DNA of 64,000 bases from Neophaeotheca triangularis (lineage: Eukaryota): assembly GCA_054600435.1 (NCBI GenBank), contig BAAIJX010000058.1, positions 62,001-126,000 on the forward strand, in the 5' to 3' direction. The position numbers and the translations under genes are program-made. The notes below the pieces were generated by a model that searched no databases, was not told the DNA's origin, and saw only the letters and a program-made list of their open reading frames with translations. Shown piece by piece: positions 1-10,283 of this stretch (its first letter is position 1; every line of letters starts with the position of its first letter).

Positions 1-310
1 AAAGGTCCGTTTGGTACGGCCCTCCATGCCTTTCGTGTGGCCTCGCGAGCGGTGACCTGAGGGGCGAAGCTGCAGTCACCCGTCGAGCGTTGCGCGCGAT
101 GTCTTGGGTGTTATGCCGATGCTACAAACGGGTTGCTTTTTGGACGTCGTGGCTCGCAGGTCGCAGATAAGTATGGACGAAGAGTTCCATCCAAACCTGT
201 AAGTTGAAGTGGCAACTTTTAGAACGGTCGGTGGACAACGACAGTGTTTCGTCCCAGCCGAGAAAGACGCGCGAGTGCGAGTGCAATTGCAGTGGTTCCT
301 GATCAGAGAA

Positions 311-3273
311 ATGGCGCCCTCGATCCCAAATCACGACTACTATTCCATCCTTGAGGTGACGCAAAGTGCTACTCGTGAGTTGATCACGAAGTCCTACAGA
401 CGACTGGCGCTCGAACGTCATCCGGATCGCAAGAACGGCTCCACACAAGCGTTTCAGCTAGTACGTTTATCAATTTCGACTGTCGGCCATACTTACCTTG
501 GGGACATTTCAGCGATTTCTGAAATTCGAATTCCGAGAACTTGGATTCTTGAATCTCTATATGTTTTACAGGACCGTTAACTATGGTGTTCTTCGTCTCA
601 ATTCAGCGTACGCGGGGTTTTCAGCTTTATATACTTCCGTTTTTATTAACAACACCACTCTACGATTGCCGAGACAACTCGGTAAAGTCTAGACGAACTA
701 GGGATAGCGAGACGACTCTTATCGAGATGACTCTACGATGTCGAGACTCCGTTGCATTGTAAGAGGTAAGGTAGTCATATTTTAAGAGGTCGTCGCCGCA
801 TTTTGAGAGGCCGTCGCATTTCGAGACATCGTTGTATTTCGAGAGGCTATCGTATTTTGAGACATCATCGTATTTCGAGAGGCCGTCGCCGCATTTCGAG
901 AGGCGGTCGTCGTATTTTGAGAGGCCGTCACATTTCGAGAGGCCATCGCATTTCGAGAGGCCGTCGCCGTATTTCGAGACATCGTTACATTTCGAGAGGC
1001 CGTCGCCGCATTTTGAGACATCGTTGCATTTCAAGAGGCCGTTACATTTTAAGAGGCCGTCGTCGTATTTCAAGAGGCCGTTATCGCATCTTAAGAGGCC
1101 GTCGTATTTCGAGAGGCTATCGCATTTTAAGAGGCCGTTACATTTCGAGAGGCCGTCGTCGCATTTCGAGAGGCTATTATCGCATTTTTAGAGGCCGTCG
1201 CATTTCAAGAGGTAAGGTAGTCGCATTTCGAGAGGCCGTTACATTTCAAGAGGCCGTCGTCGCATTTTAAGAGGCCGTCGCATTTTAAGAGGTAAGGTAG
1301 TTACATTTCGAGAGGCTATCGCCATACTTTAAGAGGCCGTCGTCGCATTTCTAGAGGCCGTCGCATTTCGAGAGGCCGTCGTATTTTGAGAGGCCGCGGC
1401 CGCATTTTAAGAGGCTATCGTTATATTTCGAGAGGCCGTTACATTTTAAGAGGCTGTCGCATTTTAAGAGGCCGTCGCATTTTGAGATGTTATCGCATTT
1501 CAAGAGGCCGTTACCGCTTCTCGAGAGGCCGTCGTATTCCGAGAGGTCGTAGTCGCATTTCGAGAGATTATAGTTGTACTAAGAGGTTTTAAGAGGGGTA
1601 TAGCCGACGGTTAGGTATAACTAGAACTTATATAACTATAACTTTGCAAAATAAATAAGAAGATTATAGTATACGTACGAACAAGGTACGAACGAGATTG
1701 CAATGTTTATAAAACAAAAGAGCAAAAGCGCGGAGAAATTCGAATTAAGACGAAAGACGCTATAGTTAACGGCGTCGCATTTCGAGAGGCCGTCGCATTT
1801 CAAGAGGCCGTTATCGCATTTCGAGAGGCTATTATCACATTTTAAGAGGCCGTTATATTTCGAGAGGCTATTATATTTTAAGAGGCTGTCGTCGCATTTT
1901 AAGAGGCCGCGAGTCATCGAATTTCGAGACATTGCTGTATTTCGAGAGGCCGTCGTATTTCGAGAGGCTGTCGTGTTTTGAGAGGCTGTCGCATTTTGAG
2001 AGGCTATCGTATTTCAGGTTATCGCATTTCAAGAGGTCGTAGCCTAGGTTATAGCTAGTTGTGTTATTATTCTAACGGTAAAACATCAATTTAAGAATCC
2101 GAGTTTCAAGAATTCGAATTTCAAAAATCGGAAAATCGCTGAAATGTCCCCAAGGTAAGTATGGCCGAGAGTCATTTCCCCGGACGTGGCTGGCTGGCTG
2201 CCCAAAGGCTGTTGCCCTCTGGTCTGAAGATTCACGCTCACATAGTTACAGCTCGGTCTAGCATACGAAACACTTCGAGACAGCGATAAGCGTCGAGCAT
2301 ACGATCTTTTGTACCCTTCAATCACTCGCAAAAGCCCCAACAAACCTAACACACACGACAAGAAGACACAGCACTCCCCCACCCCGGCACCGACCCAAGA
2401 AGCTGTGCCGGATACAAGTCGGCTCGCTGCACTGCGCAAAGCGAAAGAAGAGCGTGCGACACGATGGGCCGCTCGGAAAAAACAGCTCGGGTTGCCGCTC
2501 TTCGATCTACAGCGCACGATTCGGCGTTTGGAGCAAGAAATCAAGAATCTCGACAGCATCGCAAGAGCAGAGGCAGCGGTCGAGGCGCTGAAACAAAGCT
2601 GGGCTACATGGTTTCTCTACAAGCTGTCGGAGGAGAGCGAGGATGAGAAAGCACGGAAAGATAGGGAAAGACAAGAAAGAAGAATCGAGCAGGGGCTAAA
2701 AGAGCGACGACTATCCTCGCAGCAAGCGCAGCTGAAAGAAATCGAGGAGCGCTTGGAGCGAGCCAGGGCTGAGAAGGATGCGGCAAATGCTCGCGACGAT
2801 GAGAGTATTCGAGCAATTGAAACCAGGATAAGGACTAGGGAGGCCGCGGAGAGACTGGCGAAAGAACGACTCGAGGAGGAGCGGCTGGCGAGGATCCGCA
2901 AGCAACAGCAAGAACAGTGGGAGAGAGAAGCGCAGGAGGCTGCAAAGAAGAGTGAGGAAAGGGACGAGCGGAGACGGGTAGCTATGCTGGCCGAGACGAA
3001 GCGACGAGCGGAATTGGCGCGACAGCAAGAAGAGGAGAGGGAGCGGCGGAGGCGGGCTTGTAGCCACGGCGGTTGGTGGGACAAAGTGCTTGATCGGGCT
3101 CCCTGTCCAGAGTGCTACGACGTGTGGAACTATCTTCTCCAGTGCCCCAGTTGCGACACCAAGGCATGCCTAAGTGCCAGAGCGGGCTTCGTCCGAGGTT
3201 CCCACGGAATCCTGATAAAAGAGGCCCTCGACAGCGCAACAACGACCGGTATGATTCTTACAACGATTACTAG
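311..3273 (+). CDS. DnaJ/J-domain protein with coiled coil and C-terminal Cys/His cluster; intron holds a TE; probable frameshift near 3170
   Basis: Exon 1 311-460 (MAPSIPNHDYYSILEV...RHPDRKNGSTQAFQL, HPD motif). Donor GTACGT at 461, acceptor CAG at 2251. Exon 2 continues in frame LGLAYETLRDSDKRRAYD, completing the J-domain. C-terminus CSH..CPEC..CPSC..KAC; restoring one base gives PKCQ...NDY* with stop at 3271-3273. Confidence 0.8.
780..1570. repeat. Degenerate 18/21-bp tandem array (consensus CGCATTTCGAGAGGCCGT[CGT]) inside the TIR element
   Basis: Dozens of copies visible, with C>T and G>A variants (TTTCGAGA, TTTTGAGA, TTTCAAGA, TTTTAAGA). Confidence 0.95.
1773..2040. repeat. Second block of the same 18/21-bp array
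   Basis: Same CGCATTTCGAGAGGCCGT unit, same orientation. Confidence 0.9.
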
Positions 3274-3337
3274 TCATCGGCATTGCCCAAGGACCACAAT
3301 AAAGATGATCTCGTGGCCGCTTACTCACTGCGCTGTT

Positions 3338-4010
3338 TCACAATCGCATTTCCAGCACCGTGCAAGGCCAATCGTCTTCCGCATCCTCAAAGTCACCGAT
3401 CGCCTCGAAGCCCTGGCTCTCATAGTATCTAATTACTCATCAGCTTCACGAGGCTTGTGTTGGCTGCAAGCTTTGCGCAGACTCACCTCACCAGCTTCCG
3501 CTCATTCCCAGCCCAGCAATCCAAGCATAGTCGCTTGAAGCCCAAATCACAAGTTTGCGTCTTTGCGGCATCGATGGCAAAAGCACCGGCGCCCTTGGCA
3601 AGGGTTCCAGCGTGTCGGTTCGTCATCACGTACGATAGGTAGACAAACGGCTGCGCTTTATCTTGCTCCGGCAGCACTGATCGTACGTAGTCGGCAGAAG
3701 AAGCAGTGAGCACCAAGCCCGCGACGGGAGTCTTGATCCGTTCGCTGCTAGTGTTTTTGTTGTTGTGATTTGCCTCAACAATGAAAGCGCGACACCAATC
3801 ACTTCCCCATTCTCCGCCTTCTTCACTCTTCTTGATCCAGGCTTCCGCTCTCGAGGTGATGTTTGGTCTGGCTTCCCTGACTGGCTGCGTGCCCCATTGG
3901 CCACTGCTGCCATTGGCGGAGAGCCATTGTATGTGCGAGTCCATGAAGTCGACAAGCAGTTCTTGGTCGGAGAGTTCCAGCCTGGCTGGTCGCATGCTGA
4001 AAGTAGTCAT
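3338..4010 (-). CDS. GNAT-family acetyltransferase (2 exons)
   Basis: MTTFSMRPA...VYLSYVMTNR..AKGAGAFAIDAAK...LCLDCWAGNERKLVR, intron GTGAGT..TAG at ~3486-3430, then YYESQGFEAIGDF...LEMRL*. GNAT motif A/B pattern. Confidence 0.85.
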
Positions 4011-4353
4011 TGTGCGCGAGTGGAGAAGATACTCGATTGTGACAATGACGGGTAGATGTATGAAGGCCGTATCTTGTTGCCTGATTGATCTTAGTAAGAC
4101 GTACTCTACTAGGAAGATCGGCCTCGCTTTCGACTCTCCTCTGCTGGAACTCATGGGCAGGTTTGAGCGTGAAAGCGATACGTATACGCAACCTCGGCAG
4201 ATTGAAACCTACCCAGCCTAAAGTGATCTTCAACTATAGTGGCGAGAACACTGCGACAAGTCACGTCGCGATACAAAAACTGTATTTGCGCTGAGGCAGG
4301 TTCGACTTTACGAATCACCTTCACTTTTGCATTCACATTTGACTTCTAAGCTA

Positions 4354-5829
4354 TCAATCCCTCACATCGTCCCTTAGGTTGAACAGCGCCGTCAGAACCG
4401 CTTCCGTGTTCGTCCTCAGGCCCGAGTGGGAGAACTCGTTAGTCTCCCAGGTCTGGGTGCCCTTGACAAGCTTCGCCGTGTCCTTGGAATACTCGTAGTC
4501 GACGTACAAGTCGTCAAGGTAGACGGCGGCGTACACGGGTACTTCGTTTCGCGCGAGCTGCTCTTGGTCGTAAATGGGTGACCAGTCGTCGATGGTGGCG
4601 AGCCTGTTGGCGACGTTCTTCAGAGGAATGAGCTCGGGGTAAGTGTCGAAGAAGAAGGGGAAGATGTTCTCGCCGGCAAAGAGCAATGGCTCGCTGGCGT
4701 CGGCGGAAGAGACGGAGCCGTTGTTGTCGAGCCAGGTAAACAGGTTTTGCTCTCTAGCTACGCGGTCGGATGCCCAATTGGAGACCTCACCCGGCCCGTC
4801 GTTGTAAATGGCCTCGTGAAGGATGGCGTAGATGATGTTGTCGTCGAACGTGGTGAAGGTCTCCATCCGGGTAAGGGAGGCTCTAGAGAGGAAACCGAAC
4901 TGGTCAAGAGACTTCTTCATTTCCAGGACAGTGTCGTGGACGTTGTCGAATCCGCCAGCACCGCCAAAGTCAATGCCGATGGTCATTAGGCGGGGGACGG
5001 TTAGGCTGCCTCCGGCTGGAAGGTCGACAGCGCCGCCCTCGCTCTCGATGTGGCTGGCGATCTGACGGACATTCTGCACGTCTTCGGGGAACTTTTTGTA
5101 GTATGCCTTGTTCCGCTTCATGACCCTCGGGTACAGAGCCTGATAAACCTCTTCAGCAGATCTGCCGACCGGCGCCAGGCCACCAGTGAGGTAAACGTCT
5201 CGCAGGCCTTCGGGGTGGAAGGAGAGGTAGCTCAGACTGATGAAGCCGCCGTAAGATTGGCCGAAAATCGACCACTTGGCTTGGGTCTCGGACAAGCCCG
5301 CGGTCAAAGCCTTCCGGACGGCCTCGCAGTCTCGGACGGTGTTATCCTGGCGCATGAGGCGGAGATACTCGACCTGGGCATCCTCGCCGCCCTCCAGCTG
5401 GTTCAGCATGGCTGTTGACACGGGAGTGCTGTAGCCAGTACCGCGGTGGTCCAAGTAGAGGATCTGGTAGCCGCGCTCAAGGGCGGTGCTCGTCAGAGGA
5501 GCGTTCTGGGGCTCTGGGTTGCCGAAACCTGGTCCACCGGCGAGGAAAACCATGTATGGCAGAGATGAACCGTCATCTTCCTCGTCGGATGGCACAATGG
5601 GAACTTCGTAGTTGGAAGCGGAGCGGCCGAACAGCGTAATGTTGCCCGCCGAAGGGTTGTCGTAGTCCAAAGGCACCATAAAGGTGAGTTCGGTAACACG
5701 TAGAGGGCCGGGGACAACATGAGTCTCGCGGCTGACAATCTCGGCGGGAGGAATCGCCTGAGCTACAACTGCGACGATCGTGGACAGCAGCGTAGAGAGG
5801 CGCAAGGCCATGCTGGGAGTTCGAGACAT
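4354..5829 (-). CDS. Proline iminopeptidase (peptidase S33, alpha/beta hydrolase) with predicted signal peptide
   Basis: GGPGFG, DHRGTGYS, nucleophile GQSYGG, DDLYVD, HSGLR; hydrophobic N-terminus ending AQA. Confidence 0.9.
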   Translation of the reverse strand: MSRTPSMALRLSTLLSTIVAVVAQAIPPAEIVSRETHVVPGPLRVTELTFMVPLDYDNPSAGNITLFGRSASNYEVPIVPSDEEDDGSSLPYMVFLAGGPGFGNPEPQNAPLTSTALERGYQILYLDHRGTGYSTPVSTAMLNQLEGGEDAQVEYLRLMRQDNTVRDCEAVRKALTAGLSETQAKWSIFGQSYGGFISLSYLSFHPEGLRDVYLTGGLAPVGRSAEEVYQALYPRVMKRNKAYYKKFPEDVQNVRQIASHIESEGGAVDLPAGGSLTVPRLMTIGIDFGGAGGFDNVHDTVLEMKKSLDQFGFLSRASLTRMETFTTFDDNIIYAILHEAIYNDGPGEVSNWASDRVAREQNLFTWLDNNGSVSSADASEPLLFAGENIFPFFFDTYPELIPLKNVANRLATIDDWSPIYDQEQLARNEVPVYAAVYLDDLYVDYEYSKDTAKLVKGTQTWETNEFSHSGLRTNTEAVLTALFNLRDDVRD

Positions 5830-6319
5830 GATGCTAGCCTGGATGATTGTGAGCGGTGTACGGGAGCATCAAGGTCAAGAGGCGGACACTCGTTCGACTT
5901 TAAGAAATGCGCGGATACAGGCGGCTTACAACGGCGAGCTCACGGTACCTGCATCTCGCCTTTAGCATTGAGAGGGGTTTTGATAAGGGTCCCTGGGCAC
6001 TAAGCCCGCATAGGGAGGTGAAGTAGTATGGGCAGGTTATCAAGATGCATGCTGGCTTGGAAGTCATCCATGGCGTCTTGGAAGTTTTTAGACCCCGCCT
6101 TTGAGATGATGACCCGGCCTCGCGTCGAAAGCGTCCATATAGCTGAGAGCGTGGCCTGTCTTCTAATCAAGCAGACCGCTCTCATCCGGATATGAGACGC
6201 TATGTCTCTTCCCCGGTGCCCTACACTTCCCTCCATATCCCTAGCTGTTCTTCAACTACGCCCCTCCCGCTTCAATTATGCAAGCCCAATTCCCTTTCAC
6301 CTATCCAGCGCAAGCCGTG

Positions 6320-7040
6320 TATGAACAAGCACGATCCATCCGTTCGCCGTTCCTCAACTAGACGCAGGCGGGATATCAACAAGCGCAATACAACTAGGCC
6401 TAACATTAACAACTACAACGCCTAGCCCAGGTCGGCCCCTAAGTCCAGCCCGGTCAACTTCTATCGGCAGCTGCAATCTAGGAATACGATGTTCGGTCGC
6501 TTCCCGTGATGGGAAATGTTTAACAAGAAGACGTCTCAGATTCTCCTCTATAACGGATGATTGCACGTCCACCACCTCTTCAAATGGAGACCCTATCTTG
6601 GCGGGATCAACGCGTTATAGACGCTACTATGACCCTAACAACTCGCGGACAGTCGAAAGGTAGAGCTCAGACGTGACGTCCTGCTGTGCCCGATAAGCCT
6701 GCCTCGGCCGACCGTGAATACTTCTCCTACTTACGTTGTAAAGCTCCCCGACTATGTCTACAAATGCAAGCACCGGACAAGAACGATATCTGTAGATCCG
6801 ACCTTAACAACGAGGTCGAGCGAAAGAGCGGCCATCCTATCTGACGGGTCTAGCTCGTCGACGAAGACAGCGTTAAGCACCCCCTCGTATGTGCGCGATA
6901 CTACTTTCAATTCGAGACTCCGTTCCTTATTTTTAAGGATAGTAGCATTAGGGGCCTTGAGCGCAGTTCTCTAGAACAGCCCGAGTAGCCTACTGATAAC
7001 GTAGGCATAAAGTGCGGCAAGACGAGGCGCACGCAGGTAT
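6320..7040 (+). pseudogene. Possible decayed coding or TE relic
   Basis: Protein-like reading stretches broken by TAA/TAG/TGA stops in TpA-rich sequence; family not recognised. Confidence 0.25.
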
Positions 7041-8781
7041 AAAGATGTAGAGTATAGGAAAGATATCAGCTGCTACGCAAAGCTTTAGGGAGTACTTTGT
7101 TAATGAGAGCGCTATAGAAGCATCTTTTAGGTTGTAAGGGTGGACATTAGGGGAGGTCTTTGCGATGTTTTGTGATTGATTAGGAATGGTTGCTTTCTTT
7201 CGCCCTACTCACCATTCGGCTCGCGGATTTTGTAGACAAACTGTAGAGGTTTCTTGCCTCAGGCATCAACGTTCAATGTTCTTTTCTTCTACCTACTAGT
7301 ACCTGGTTCCCGTCTCTACTACCTTAGCGTCCTATCGCCCCTCACATCTTCACATGTACTAGTTCAATTAGTACCTTACCTACCTCGGGAGGTAACGTTA
7401 GGAAGTACTTCTCTAGACTCTACGGACTCGCCAACTCGAAGTTACCACTTATCATCAGACTCGGTTAGCAGGAAATACCAAGACGCATCTCAAATAATCC
7501 TATGCTAGCGTCGCCACGACATGCCATGGCCATCGCCCCCGCGAAGTCAACAGCTTTGTAGTATCGCCGGTGCTGACTCCTAAGAAGGCCTGCCAAAGTT
7601 TGGCTTTGCGGAGCCACAAGGTCTGGACTTGCGTCCGAACGTATATAAAAAAATGTGATCAGGCCAGCGGAGAAAAGACAAATCTTCATCTCACGGCGTG
7701 GTTAGCACGTGGGGTAGTCATGAAAGTATGTGTTTGTCTACATTTGAACTCAAAATGTTACCTCCTATTATTACTGATCTGAAGGTGAGTCTAGCCACGA
7801 GGAGTAAGCAGCCACGGCCACACAACAGGCGGGGAGGCTTCTCGTCACAAGTCTTCACGTATCTACACGGCTGTCTTTAGTGCATACGGTACGGTGGTTC
7901 TGCACGTCAGATCTGCAGGTAAGATCCAAATTTCCGGTAGGGCGAAAGGGGAACCGATGCCTTGTGCCAAACGAAAACAGGACTCGCTCTTTATGGATGC
8001 TTTGCTTACTAGGACGTGGCACCACATGAATTATCGGACTGTAGTATCAATATTCGACTGAATATGCACCGCATCACGGCAGTCTACACACAGAAATTAC
8101 CCTCTGGCGGTATTATTGCATCGCAAGTGCGAAGATCTAGATGATATCCATCTGCAGAATCGGGATAGCCAAGCGTATAGGCGAAAGATTAAACGCTGGC
8201 AAACGGAAAGCTCCCAGCGAGGCTTCGCTGTCCGACGACCTTTTCTATTGGTCGCATCTCCAGCGTGGCGGCCGTTCGCTTCTTCCCAAACCAGACAATA
8301 CCTTGTTCAGCGACCCGAGTACTCGAACCTTAAGCCGTTTCTGGAGAGCACCACGAACCTAAGGACACGATGTTCTGGGGATATCACAACGTTCTGCCCG
8401 CAATATTGGCTGCGGATGAGCTACGCCTGCCTCAACCGCTAGCGGCCTCTGTGATGAGTATAGCCGTTGGAAACTCATTCTCAGCTGATGCCTGATGGTC
8501 TAGAAGCCATGGGTCTAGCCTCGACAAGGAGGATCAATCGTGGTATATCTAGGAGGTCATGAGCATCCTGTTGATCGCGACCCATTCAGCAGCAATACCA
8601 AGTCAGTCCTCCACCACAACCAAGGCGCCTTTCCAGCCTACCAGCGCACCCACTCGCTATCACATTCGCTTTCACTCAACGTTCGTTACCGACAGCCAGG
8701 ATTACTGCTCCACATCTAAGCCCCTCCACTTCCATCTTCGCCCACTAAGCCCGACGTTGCGTTTCGATACCTACTGTCAAC

Positions 8782-9856
8782 ATGCGTCTCAACGCTCCCC
8801 TTGTCCTTGCAGCCCTCTCCGCTGCCTCTGTCACCGCCTCACCTGTCTTGGAGGAACGACAAATCATCGCCGGCCTGCTCAGCAACATCTTGGAGGGTAC
8901 CCTGACAGGCGTTGCTGGCCTGATCAAGGATGTACTTTCTGGGAAGATCTCAGCAATGGACGACAACGTCTCGGCAAAACCCCGTCTCTGTCTCGACACG
9001 TGCTGTGCTTGTAAGTCCCCGCCACTTCCCTTCATTCTTTCGCACCGAATACTAATGAACAATCAAAGGGTACGACGTCTCGGCCGAACTGACAAGACAA
9101 TTCCTCGGACCCGATGGCGAATGTAACGACAACGCGCGAGCAGCTGTGCGCGCTGGCTTCCACGACGCCGGCTCCTGGGACAAGAATGCCGCCAACGGCG
9201 GTGCCGACGGCAGTCTCATCATGGGCTTCGGCGAAGAATCTCGGCCAGAGAACAACGGCCTGCAGGGCATTACTGCTCTCCTGCGCGGCGTAGCAAGCAA
9301 ATACAAAGTCGGCTACGCAGACCTGATCCAATACGCGCACAACCACGCTACCGTAACGTGCCCCAAAGGCCCACGAATCCGCACCTTCGTCGGCCGCAAG
9401 GATGCCACCAAGGCCGCACCCCCGGGCCTCTTGCCCGATACCCACGACTCGGCCGATAACCTGATCAGGCTCTTCGCCGACAAGGACTTCGACGCGCACG
9501 ATCTAGCGGCTCTGGTAGGCGCCCACGCGACAGCGAAACAGCGCTTCGTCGACACCTCGAAAGCCGAGTTCCCGCTCGACACGACGCCCGGGGTCTGGGA
9601 CGTCGAGTTCTACAACGACACGCTGCAGGATCCCCAGAACCCGGACATCTTCGTGCTGCCTTCTGACAAGGCTTTGTCTCAGCACCCAGATGTCGTGGAT
9701 GAGTGGAACGAGTTTGTCGGGGATCAGCAGCATTGGAACCGCGATTACGCCAAGGCTTATATCAAGATGAGCGTGCTGGGAATGCCGCTGGCCGAGTTGA
9801 AGGGATTGAAGGATTGCACAAAGACTTTGCCGAGGGCTAGGCCGCAAGGGGTGTGA
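8782..9856 (+). CDS. Secreted class II-like fungal heme peroxidase (AA2-like)
   Basis: Signal peptide; exon 1 8782-9010, intron GTAAGT..AAG 9011-9068. CCAWYDVS...CNDNARAAVRAGFHDAG (distal R/F/H), GGADGS, proximal GAH, LDTTPGVWD, LPSDKAL. Confidence 0.9.
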
Positions 9857-10283
9857 TTGTGCTGTTTTGCCATAAGAGGGCGTTGGAGGCATTGATTTAA
9901 TACCCCTTTTCTTTGATCGTGGCCCGGCGTTCTGCTTCTCAAGGACTTTGGAGATTAGCGATGGTGTCATTGGGTCGGGTTGCAAGTGATCGATAAATGC
10001 ATTGTACAATTTCATACAATTTCATATACCAATCCCTTACCACTCCTTGGTATTGATACCAGCGATGGCCAGCAAACTACTTGTCCCATTTGCTCGTGCA
10101 TTTGCCAGTCCAGGAAATCATGGCTGACTTCTCTTTGGGAAGCAGCTGACCGTCGTTATAGCATTTCCGACGCCTTCCAGATTGACGGTGTGCTCTGCAG
10201 TAGTCTCGGATAGTGATTCAGCCCCGATCCAGAGTCTGCAAAAGAGCGTGTAAACAGCCTTGGGTCCTCGAGAGCCTCTACCG

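Larger units (their letters stand above)
478..2173. mobile_element. Non-autonomous TIR DNA element inserted in the J-protein intron
   Basis: Imperfect ~80-100 bp terminal inverted repeats, GACT(G/C)TCGGCCATACTTACCTTGGGGACATTTCAGCGATTT..., at 478-~580 and ~2073-2173. Direct repeat ATTTC at 473-477 and 2174-2178. No transposase ORF recognised. Confidence 0.85.

Noticed and set aside
489..560. U1 snRNA gene (starts ATACTTACCT)
   Set aside because: No U1-70K loop (GATCACGAAG) or Sm site follows, and the sequence is one arm of a TIR.
780..1570. CRISPR array
   Set aside because: Head-to-tail tandem units with no unique spacers, eukaryotic context, no cas genes. The same applies to 38035-38235.
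660..1932. Repeat ORFs (RISRGR, SKCDGL, FERPSH) as real genes
   Set aside because: Open in several frames only because units are multiples of 3; broken by stops and located inside a TE in an intron.
3274..3538. C-terminal extension of the 409-aa ORF
   Set aside because: Antisense to GNAT exon 2; best explained by the frameshift near 3170.
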